DNA from: Tubiluchus corallicola | Taxonomy: Eukaryota; Animalia; Priapulida | Direction: 5' to 3' | Assembly: GCA_030141605.1 (NCBI GenBank) | Contig: JAQGDQ010001344.1 | Span: forward strand, 1 to 19,762 | Length of the DNA stretch: 19,762 nucleotides | In this document: positions 10,321-19,762 of the stretch, piece after piece | Position numbering within the stretch: the first letter of the stretch is position 1 | Layout of the letters: every line of letters begins with the position of its first letter | Position numbers and translations under genes: made by a program | The notes under the pieces: model-generated | Seen by the model: the letters and a program-made list of their open reading frames with translations, nothing else | What the model was told of the DNA's origin: nothing | Databases searched by the model: none

Positions 10321-10549
10321 TTAAGTTAGCTCCCATGACCTCTCATCACTCACCATCAGAGGTTTTTTCCTCTGGCCTTTTATCTTTGGAATTCTATACA
10401 AGAAAACTGTTTGCCTGAAAGCAATCTCACCCATTTCAGAACATTAGCAAATTAGTGATTTGAATTCAATTTTTCTGGTTTCGTTTGAATTCATATTTTT
10501 ACTTTAAATTCAAGATTGCTATTAACCTCCAACATCGATTATATTGCAG

Positions 10550-10705
10550 AGGTACCTAATGCAACTTCGCCTTCGTATAGACCGCCTCCTCGGACGAAAG
10601 AAGTGGTCATTAAAGGGCAAACTGTCAAGCTAAAGTATTGTTTTACCTGCAAAATATTTCGGCCGCCGAGGGCGTCACATTGCAGCCTTTGTGATAATTG
10701 TGTGG
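10550..10705 (+). CDS. ZDHHC14: ZDHHC14-like coding exon 3 (156 nt), start of the cysteine-rich domain
   Basis: attgcag|AG...GTG G|gtaagt. Encodes [52 protein letters not shown]. Confidence 0.97.
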
Positions 10706-11269
10706 GTAAGTTTTATATGCAGGGAAAGCATGTACATCATCAATTCCAGTTATTATGCTCTTTGAGCATTTACAACATAAGATGAAATCCTTATAATTTT
10801 TATTTCTAGATGAAAATTATAAAATTAATCTTCGATTATTTCAGATTTCAATAATTTATGGGTGCAGTGATCAATAATCTTACTGAACTTATGATTCTAA
10901 GCTTTAACCATTCTAATTACCATTCTAAGCTTTAACTTAGTCACAAAAAAATTAATCTGATTAATTAAAATTATTAATCTCTTTTAACGTACGAAAATTA
11001 TACTTAGTTGGCTAGTTATTCAGATTGGTAAGGCCTGCAATAATCCTGAGTGTCTGAGTAGTCTAGTGTGTGGGACTTGTAATTCAAAAGTGTTTTGTTT
11101 AAATCTAGATTATTTCCAATTTTTTCGCTTTTCCTTTTGCTCGTGTGTGTATTAAAATTTGCGGATTTGTGGGTTTGTTTCAACACCAGTTTCTTCGTTT
11201 ATTTTGTTACTGGTAAAAAAAACGGTCATTTCTCTTTTCTGATTCACATGCAAGCATCCTTCTTTTCAG

Positions 11270-11407
11270 ATCGGTTTGATCACCACTGTCCGTGGGTCGG
11301 CAACTGCGTCGGAAAGCGCAACTACAGATATTTCTACATGTTTATAGTTTCACTAGCATTCCTTTGTGTATTCATATTCGCTTGTGTCATCACGCATCTT
11401 ATTATAT
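11270..11407 (+). CDS. ZDHHC14: ZDHHC14-like coding exon 4 (138 nt) with the catalytic DHHC motif
   Basis: cttttcag|AT...ATA T|gtaagt. Encodes [46 protein letters not shown]. Confidence 0.98.
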
Positions 11408-11707
11408 GTAAGTATTGAGCACTTTCCACACTTTTCACACTTTCCAGTCGGCCATTTACTGTAGGTCAAAGGTTATGTGTGCCACAGCAACGCGTCTTAA
11501 CTACAACCGTCAAGTGACATGTATGCAAAGCAAAGCCTTTTGCCACATCAGTTCAGTAACTTCAGCTATTTTAAGTGGGCTTCACTTAATTGTGCATTAG
11601 TCTGTGTGTAGGGTGTTTTACTAGCAGGATCTTGCTCTGGAGCCAGAAAAATGAACTAGGTAAGGTTCTAGATAACTGTTAAAACTGTTACTGTTCCAAC
11701 AGCACGG

Positions 11708-11849
11708 GCTACTACTACTACTACTCCTGCTACTGCTACTGCTGCTGCTTCTACTACTACTGCTACTGCTGCTGCTTCTACTACTGCTGCTACTGCTGCT
11801 ACTGCTGCTTCTACTACTACTGCTGCTGCTGCTGCTACTGCTGCTACTG

Positions 11850-11891
<42 letters not shown>

Positions 11892-12059
11892 CTACTACTG
11901 CTGCTGCTTCTACTACTGCTGCTACTGCTGCTTCTACTACTACTGCTGCTGCTGCTGCTACTGCTGCTGCTGCTACTACTGCTGCTACTGCTACTGCTGC
12001 TGCTGCTACTACTGCTGCTACTGCTGCTTCTACTACTACTGCTGCTGCTGCTGCTACTG

Positions 12060-12094
<35 letters not shown>

Positions 12095-12296
12095 ACTGCT
12101 ACTGCTGCTGCTTCTACTACTGCTACTGCTACTGCTACTGCTGCTACTTCTGCTGCTGCTGCTGCTGCTACTGCTGCTACTTCTGCTGCTGCTGCTGCTA
12201 CTACTGCTGCTACTGCTACTTCTGCTGCTTCTACTACTGCTGCTACTACTACTACTACTACTACTGCTACTGCTACTGCTGCTAGTGCTGCTGCTG

Positions 12297-12334
<38 letters not shown>

Positions 12335-12364
12335 GCTACTGCTACTGCTACTGCTACTGCTACT
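11708..12364. repeat. Compound trinucleotide microsatellite (ACT/GCT with scattered TCT, one CCT, one AGT), 657 bp
   Basis: 219 in-register triplets inside ZDHHC intron 4. It explains the poly-Ala/Val ORF 11668-12423. Confidence 0.97.
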
Positions 12365-12591
12365 GGAAAAACTTTTTGGTCAGGAAGCAAATTTATTTTG
12401 CAAATTCTACCTCCATGTGTCAAAAGCTACGATAGTCCCACTCAAAAGTTTCAAATGTTAACACAGGGAGAAAACGTGATTACAAATGTACTTGACAATT
12501 AACTTCAGAAGTGTAGTGTGCAGAAAGTTTGAGAACAAAAAATGTGTAAGTGTCACGAAAATGTCAAATTGTTACTTAGCATCGTATAAGC

Positions 12592-13651
12592 CAGTGTCGT
12601 AGCCGGAGCTTGATGGGGCCGGTGCTGTACTTGAGTTTGTAGCAAATTTTCAACAGTAACTGCTACAAGCAGTGTTTTTGTGGAAAATTAAATTTTGTTA
12701 AGCGTTTTGCGTTCTGTTAGACTAATACACAAACACGTCGAACAATGTTTAAATATTTCATTAATTAATGTTAGGCAAATCGCACACACCTGCTTCAAGC
12801 AGGCGATCTGCAAACTTGAGCGATTTCTCAAACAGTGAGAATATAAAGTTCGTAACGCCTAAAACAATAGACGTGCCAATTATGACAGAGGAAGCAAGAA
12901 AGAGAACATGTAGAGAGACGTTACCAAAGAGTGATGATGCCAAATATGCTGGAAAATAAAAACTGTTCCTATTCCTATCATCTTTCGCCCGTATATAAAC
13001 AATCTGTTGGTGATGAAATTTTACAACTCTCGTTGTGTTTTCTATATGCTGTTTTGTTTTTATTTATGATTATGTGTATTTACATTAGAATTGGTAATTA
13101 TGTTTATTATAATTGTACTCGCTGTTTTTCATTGTGTATAATGCGTGTAAATTTTTGTTACTAAGTATTAAAATATGTTCGTCATCGTTTATTATGTATG
13201 TATGTATTGTTGGATTATAATTTGTAACTATGTCTATTGTATATGATCGTTGTCGTTCAAAGTGTCTCATACGTTGGATTCTAAATTATATGTATATGTG
13301 AATAGGTTTAATACGTTGTAAATGCTTTTAGAAATTTTAAACGTATCCCTACAAATAGAGGGAATGTATTCTGTACATAGTTTTTAAAAATAAAGAATTA
13401 TTATAATAATAATAATAATTCATTCAGCACCTGTTCCTCGATCGCCCAATGACGTACCGGACCTACGAATCACTATGCGAATAATGAACAAAAAAAGACT
13501 TTGCAAAGTAAATTTGATTATCGTCCATATTATGCTAGTGTTCAGACGCTGTTAGGTTTATAACTTTATTCTACTGTTCGGAGAGAATCCACTTTTTCAT
13601 TACACGCCCGCGGTGGACCACCCCTTCCACCACCCCTTAGCTACGCCTCTG
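12592..13651. mobile_element. Possible old hAT-type non-autonomous element
   Basis: Termini CAGTGTCGTAGC and (reverse complement) CAGAGGCGTAGC match 10/12, with G/C-rich subterminal patches. No clean 8-bp TSD (GTATAAGC vs TATCATAA), so the two ends may come from different copies. Confidence 0.4.
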
Positions 13652-13879
13652 TATCATAAGCTATAGTAAATTGCATTCCACTTGCGTTGACGAAGGTTTT
13701 TGCTCCACTGAGTGCTCTTCTAGTTTACACTGAAAGGCAGCATGTTTTGAAATGGAAAGTAATTATTTACCCATGTGGTTTTTCACCTTACACGAATCCA
13801 CCGTCTCATCCGTATTGCGGCTGGCAGTGTGGTAGCAGACGTGTTTGAAATGTAAACAAAGTCGAGCAATCCTAAACAC

Positions 13880-14025
13880 TTCCGGCTAAATAACTGATGA
13901 AGATCCCATCAGAATTTGTTGGCTTCTTTATTATTTCACTGCGCTGCCTCCGAATAAAGTTTCGCGGAAATCGGTCGAGTAATTTTTACGTAACCTTGCT
14001 GACTGACGGACAAACAAACAAACGT
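13880..14025 (+). mobile_element. Fragment resembling a non-autonomous Helentron/HINE (DINE-1-like) element
   Basis: AAAGTTTCGCGGAAATCGGTCGAGTAATTTTTACGTAACCTTGCTGACTGACGGACAAACAAACAAAC resembles the core plus (ACAA)n microsatellite of such elements, from memory. Termini not seen. Confidence 0.4.
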
Positions 14026-14775
14026 GAGCTGTAATACTTGACGTGTCACATTGACTTCAGCTGGAAGTACGAATACAAAAACATATTGCTGCCACTCGTG
14101 AAAAAAAGCAAAAAAATCGTAAGATAAACATAGTTGATTAAGAAATGGTACATTGTTAAGACAGCCATTGTAATCACTTTAGTTGTTGTGCCATTAATGC
14201 AAAAATTCTCTTTCTAGTTCCACTGTGTCTGACTAATAGTTTTCTGTCATGCATTAAAATGAGCTAAAATACAGAAACGGTTTTGTTTCCTTTAAGCACA
14301 CATTGAGTGCATTAACTTTTGTCTGCAGAGACTTATAAGTGATGTCAAACCCAACAAATTAGCAGTAATTGTAATTATGATTAATAGCTTATGCAAGATT
14401 ACCGAGATTGTTATTCTGGCATTGTTCCAATTACTGTTTAAAACATTAAGCTGTCTGAAGCTACAATAGAAGTATTTTCGAGGTTTACAACGTGTAAACA
14501 GAGCCGGAATTTACCGAATCATAACAGGTCTTGTGGTGCGAGTAACCTCGTTACACCCGGGATAATAAATTAATTGTTTATGTCACATAATAAACAATTT
14601 TTGTGCCATATAAACAAATATATATCCTACTACATATCCCATGGCAAATTTTTTATGGTGAGTTGTTAAATATTAATGATACTATTCTCGGTATGAATAA
14701 TCTACTGACTTTATTACCTGAGTATTTATCACTTTTCCAAGGTGGCTAATTAATTTTCTTTTATTGTCGTTTCAG

Positions 14776-14824
14776 TATCAAAGCGGCATGACTTTTTAGA
14801 AGCAATGAAATCGAGTCCAGCGAG
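14776..14824 (+). CDS. ZDHHC14: ZDHHC14-like coding exon 5 (49 nt): (L)SKRHDFLEAMKSSPA(S)
   Basis: gtttcag|TA TCA AAG...GCG AG|atatcctt. Matches the family segment RSQQTGFLNALKDSPAS and ends at a U12 donor. Confidence 0.93.
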
Positions 14825-15020
14825 ATATCCTTTCATAATTACAAGTTCTGAATGCGTACTCATCAAATTTGCATGAATTGATCGCAGAAAAAATTAATTA
14901 ATTAAAAGATAATGCAGTAGTTGCCGCTTAATTAAACCGCTACGGTAACGGTAACAAGTGGTGTTAATAAATGACGGTTTTGTTATGATGTGGTCTGTTA
15001 CAATTAGCAAAGTACAGTAT

Positions 15021-15650
15021 GTAAGTAAGTAAGTAAGTAATTTTTTTATTTTTCTCCATAAATTTACATTAATTTAACAATAAAACATACAAAAATACAA
15101 ATGAACATGGGAGAAAGGGCAAAAAACCAAAGGTTGGCAAGTCAACCACCCTTCTCAGAAAGACAGTAAAGAAAAAGACGCTAATGACAGCAGAATACAA
15201 CTATTAAAAAATACATAAACATCCATTAATACAAAAAACAGAAATACAACAACAGCAAAAAAAACAAAAAACAAAAACCAGTCGTTCCTAAATATAGTCA
15301 AACATTAAACATAATTATATATGGTTCAAAACACAAAAGAGAAAGGAGAAAATTTTAATGTTCAGAAAAACAACATTTGCAAGATAAAATTTAACTTGAA
15401 TCATGGTTATCAGATATGCATAGCTAAACATTGTGAGATGAAATTTAAATCAGTAACTTTAAGAGAAGTAATAGTTATCAACTGTTTGTTTTATGGAAGT
15501 TGTAACATATATCTGTAAAGAGACTGAATATACATGTGAATAGCAAAAAGAAAGAAAAAAGGTTAAAAAAGCAAGATAAATTGCCCTGACAATTGCAATA
15601 CATTAATCAAATTTTTTGAATTTGGAAAATAACAAATTTATGATCTAGAT
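15021..15650 (-). mobile_element. 3' end of a CR1/L2-type LINE with a (TTAC)5 tail; 5' boundary approximate
   Basis: The reverse complement reads as a T-rich 3'UTR, then GGGTGGTTGACTTGCCAACCTTTGGTTTTTTGCCC, then AATAAA, then (TTAC)n. It is related to 2760-2889. Confidence 0.55.
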
Positions 15651-17228
15651 TTAGTTATCGTAACAGCAGAAAACAGTAGTATGTAAATGCTTCACCTAAT
15701 TAATACAGTAAGTGCTATGTACATGTGCGCAAGTTGTTCACTTGTATCATCTGTATTTTCAACGTCAGTTTTGTAGAAATGTGTATTAATTGGCGGTCAA
15801 ACTTAAATACATGTAGGTTAGTTTTGTCATTCATTTTTGTAGCCAAGGCAATCATTTGCGAGACATCCCTAAATTCTCATCCGCTTCTCGCTGGTTACAG
15901 GGTTGCATTTTCAACAACTCTAACTTCCCCTGTGTAACCAATTCCTTGCACTTCTGTTTGCCTCACATAATTAGCACGTTACGTGTAAAAGATTTATTTA
16001 CATGCTCACTCAGGCAATTATGCATAGGCCGTCAGTTCACTCGCATTCAAATGTTTACTGATTCAAGTTCGTTCTGGCAGCTGGTCGTGCAGAACAGTTG
16101 TGACAGAACAAATCGACTTTAACCTTCATTGTCGGACTTTGACTAAGAAAACGTGAATCTAGGGCTCGAACTTCAATTGCATATCTTAAAAAAATTTACG
16201 AACAAGTATAAAAAATGCATTTTAATTTTTCGTTTGCTATGGTTTTTATTGCCTGTTAATGAAAAACATGGTCTTATTAAGTGGTGCGCTAGCTTTATTA
16301 GCCAAATTTTTCAACAATAGTTTCTGTAAAAGAATTGAAATCATACCAAAATGGTTTTAAAATACACCTGCTTTTGTTATCCATGATTTTATTAATTGTT
16401 ATTAACAATGCAGTTATACAATGTCAAGATACAATAGATCTGCTAGGCTTAACACTCGACCACCGGAAATATTTCACAATCATGCAAATACCGGCAGTGG
16501 GACCTAATTACACCTGTGCATAAATACAGAAGAACCCATACTGTACCGCGTCTGTTGGTTACTAAGCCTACGTCATGTCTTTGACTATGCTGTATCGGCA
16601 TATGCGCAAAGTTTATGCATGAACAATTGTAACAAGAAAATTGTCAAAAATCGCGTTTTTATTTAGTGGCTTGCATTACTTTACTTAATTACGACTCTGA
16701 GGCCTAATGTAGGCCATTTTGCCCAAGAACGACTATAAATTTCAAAGCCAGCTGACACACCACTCTAAAAATATTTACGATTTGTCTACCGTCTCATTTT
16801 CTGCCTATACTAAATGATGGAGAAAGTCAATTTGATAGCATTATTGGCGCAGTGGTGAAAACTCACCTCTGGATTGTAATTGATATCATAATCAAATTAA
16901 GTAATGCACGAGAGATTAAATGACATCTGCTTATAATAGACATGTAATCATTTAAACATAGAAGACTCTGGTGTCTTTACTCTTCATGGCAAAATGATGT
17001 AAAACTAAATAAAGATGCTTGGGATATTTTTGCACCCCGTTTCCGGTGGACGATGGTTAAAAGCTATCAGAAGTGGATAAACAATTAATACATTTTTGTT
17101 TAAATTTGTATATTCACTATCCTTTTCCTTATTAGGATGTTTTTTTTAAATTCTTGTCGCACTTTTCTCTAGGTCAACAAGATCCTTGAAAGTTTGGACA
17201 TCATAACGAGTCGTTTTGAGATGCACTT

Positions 17229-18400
17229 ACGACTGTGACCCTATTTATGTCTGCAGCCCCTTTTATTACTGTTTCCCCTATTGTGACTGTGACCTCCATT
17301 GTATCTGGAACCCATTTTATAACTGTGACCTCCATTGTGACTGACACCTTTGTAACCGTGACCCCATTGTGACTGTGACACCTTTGTAACTATGACCCCC
17401 ATTGTGACTGACACCTTTGTAACTGTGACCCCATTGTGACTGTGACACCTTTATAAGTATGATCCCCATTGTAACTGTGACCCCCATTGTCACTGTGACA
17501 CCTTTGTAACTGTGACGCCCATTGCGACTGTGACACCTTTCTAACTGTGACGCCCATTGCGACTGTGACACCTTTGTGACTGTGACATCTTTATGACTGT
17601 GACCCTCAGTGTGACTGTAATCTCCATTGTGACTGGCACCCATTTTATAACTATGACCCCCATTGTGACTGTGATCCTTTTTGTGCCTGCAGCCTCTTTT
17701 ATGACTGTGACCTTCATTGTAACTGTGGCCTCCATAGTGACTGTGACACCTTTGTAACTGTGACCCCATTGTGACTGTGACACTTTTGTAACTGTGGCCC
17801 CCATTGTGACTGTGACCCCATTGTGACTGTGATACCTTTATAACTGTGGCCCCCATTGTGACTGTGACACCTTTGTAACTGTGACCCCATTGTGACTGTG
17901 ATACCTTTGTAACTGTGGCCCCCATTGTGACTGTGACACCTTTGTAACTGTGACCCCATTGTGACTGTGATACCTTTATAACTGTGGCCCCCATTGTGAC
18001 TGTGATACCTTTATAACTGTGGCCCCATTGTGACTGTGACACTTTTGTAACTGCGACACCTTTGTGACTGTGACCCCATTGTGACTGTGATACCTTTATA
18101 ACTGTGGCCCCCATTGTGACTGTGATACCTTTGTAACTGTGGCCCCCATTGTGACTGTGATACCCTTATAACTGTGGCCCCCATTGTGACTGTGACACTT
18201 TTGTAACTGCGACACCTTTGTGACTGTGACCCCATTGTGACTGTGATACCTTTATAACTGTGGCCCCATTGTGACTGTGACACTTTTGTAACTGCGACAC
18301 CTTTGTGACTGTGACCCCTTTGTGACTGTGACACCTTTGTGACTGTGACCCCTTTGTGAGTGTGACCTCTTGTCGCAAGAGGTCAGTTGTGACTGTGTCC
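17229..18400. repeat. Minisatellite of about 34-36 bp units built from two related 16-18 bp monomers
   Basis: Alternating CCCCATTGTGACTGTGA and (C/T)ACCTTT(G/A)TAACTGTG(A/G). It is degenerate at the left end and homogeneous at about 17750-18350. It explains ORFs 17317-18114, 17541-17804, 17714-17959 and 18011-18334. Confidence 0.95.
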
Positions 18401-18677
18401 CAACCACAAGCTGCATATGTCGGCAAAACTAAATCACAAAACGAGTATTTTCTATTCAAGATTAAATGTTTTTCATTATTATTTTGTCGATCTTTATCAT
18501 TCAGTGTTCTTGGCTTCATCTGTGGGTTAATCATCTCCTGATTCCTTTTCATTAGCAAATTTAAACAGTTTTTGAAGTGCAAGAACTGAACGACATTTCC
18601 ATACAATTACGCCTTGGTATTTTGTTATTTATCGAAAAAAAAACATTGTCAAACTTTTTCCTTAATTGAATGTTTAC

Positions 18678-18780
18678 TATTCTGGAAGGTATTATTTGTT
18701 TTTTCTCTGTATGGTCAGTTTTGGGACTTGCAGGCTTCCATACATATCTCACAACCTCCAATCAGACAACAAATGAAGAC
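18678..18780 (+). CDS. ZDHHC14: ZDHHC14-like coding exon 6 (103 nt): [34 protein letters not shown]
   Basis: Begins after the AC acceptor and ends GAC|gtaagt. Contains TM4 and the TTxE motif (QTTNE). Not in the ORF track. Confidence 0.96.
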
Positions 18781-19020
18781 GTAAGTATTCTGTTACGTGT
18801 AGTCCATCGTTTTCTTTAAAACACAGAAAACATTCTTCATAAATTAAGCTTAAGGGAAAACCAGACCTAAACTGTAATTCTATAACAATCTACTCTTTAA
18901 AATTTTAAAAGGAAACATATTATTTTTTCAAAAATGACTTACGCGAAAAAATTATTATTGTTATTAAACTTGGTTGCATCCGAAAGAGATGACTAACCAT
19001 TTCTTGCTATTTTGTTGCAG

Positions 19021-19130
19021 ATAAAAGGATCTTTCACAGCTAAGAGAGGTCAAGACAATTTTAATCCCTATAACCAGGGTTCTTTTATCAGTAATTATTG
19101 TTCAGTTGTCTGTGGACCAGTACCTCCTAG
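19021..19130 (+). CDS. ZDHHC14: ZDHHC14-like coding exon 7 (110 nt): IKGSFTAKRGQDNFNPYNQGSFISNYCSVVCGPVPP; gene continues beyond the window
   Basis: ttttgttgcag|ATA...CCT AG|gtttgt (phase 2). Contains the PaCCT motif NPY-x2-G-x3-N-x5-CGP. Confidence 0.94.
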
Positions 19131-19762
19131 GTTTGTACATTGTTCATTTATCTACATTGTCTATGACAATTAGTAAAACTTCCCATTGTTCAGTTGTCTG
19201 TGGCCCAGTACCTCCAAGGTTTGTACATTGTTCATTTATCTACACTGTCTATGACAGTTAGTAAAACTTCCCATTGTTCAGTTGTCTGTGGACCGTACCT
19301 CCTAGGTATGTACATTGTTCGTTTATCTACATTGTCTATGACAATTAGTAAAACTTCCCATTGTTCAGTTGTCTGTGGACCAGTACCTCCTAGGTTTGTA
19401 CATTGTTCATTTATCTACATTGTCTATGACAATTAGTAAAACTTCCCATTGTTCAGTTGTCTGTGGACCAGTACCTCCAAGGTTTGTACATTATTCATTT
19501 ATCTACATTGTCTATGACAGTTAGTAAAACTTCCCATTGTTCAGTTGTGTGTGGACCGTACCTCCTAGGTTTGTACATTGTTCATTTATCTACATTGTCT
19601 ATGACAGTTAGTAAAACTTCCCATTGTTCAGTTGTCTGTGGACCAGTACCTCCAAGGTTTGTACATTATTCATTTATCTACATTGTCTATGACAGTTAGT
19701 AAAACTTCCCATTGTTCAGTTGTGTGTGGACCGTACCTCCTAGGTTTGTACATTGTTCATTT
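19097..19762. repeat. 87-88 bp minisatellite derived from the exon 7/intron 7 junction, at least 8 units, runs off the window
   Basis: Units start at 19097, 19185, 19273, 19360, 19448, 19536, 19623 and 19711. The first 34 nt of unit 1 are the coding end of exon 7. Confidence 0.97.

Larger units (their letters stand above)
14825..18677 (+). other. U12-type (minor spliceosome) AT-AC intron, 3853 nt
   Basis: 5' site ATATCCTTT at 14825, branch site TTTTTCCTTAAT at 18655-18666, and terminal AC at 18676-18677. Removal gives AG+T = Ser and an unbroken reading frame ([14 protein letters not shown]). Confidence 0.96.

Noticed and set aside
11668-12423. 251-aa poly-Ala/Val ORF on the - strand
   Set aside because: It is a by-product of the triplet microsatellite, with a non-ATG start and no domain content.
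17317-18606. Several repetitive ORFs (KVSQSQWGHS...) on the - strand
   Set aside because: They are translations of the minisatellite. Frames switch with C-run length changes, which argues against coding constraint.
18850-18868. TTAAGGGAAAACCAGACC resembling the Kolobok-like left end at 9315
   Set aside because: No partner terminus in the 240-nt intron; at most a fragment.
19194-19699. Two 80-aa ORFs suggesting tandem exon duplication or a repeat protein
   Set aside because: Units of 87-88 bp do not keep frame, carry only the last 34 nt of the exon and contain stops.

Overview
AT-rich, intron-rich eukaryotic (metazoan, probably invertebrate) genomic DNA with two divergently oriented spliced genes that the ORF track only partly shows. 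On the + strand are seven coding exons (6593-19130, 950 nt, all phases consistent, continuing past the window) of a ZDHHC9/14/18-family DHHC palmitoyltransferase. Its exons 5 and 6 are joined by a minor-spliceosome (U12) AT-AC intron at 14825-18677. On the - strand are the first two coding exons of glycerol kinase (4587-4522 and 778-705), which continues off the left edge. The introns are packed with non-autonomous transposons: a Merlin/MULE-like element, three TA-flanked Tc1/mariner-pogo MITEs, two TTAA-flanked Kolobok-like elements, an RTE LINE tail, CR1/L2-like tails and probable hAT and Helentron remnants. There are also four tandem repeats. I see no clearly new multi-gene system. The most unusual item is an 87-88 bp minisatellite built from the ZDHHC exon 7/intron 7 junction, which multiplies the AG|GT splice site at least eight times in an ABC-ABC-BC higher-order pattern. 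Family assignments rest on manual translation and remembered motifs, not database searches.
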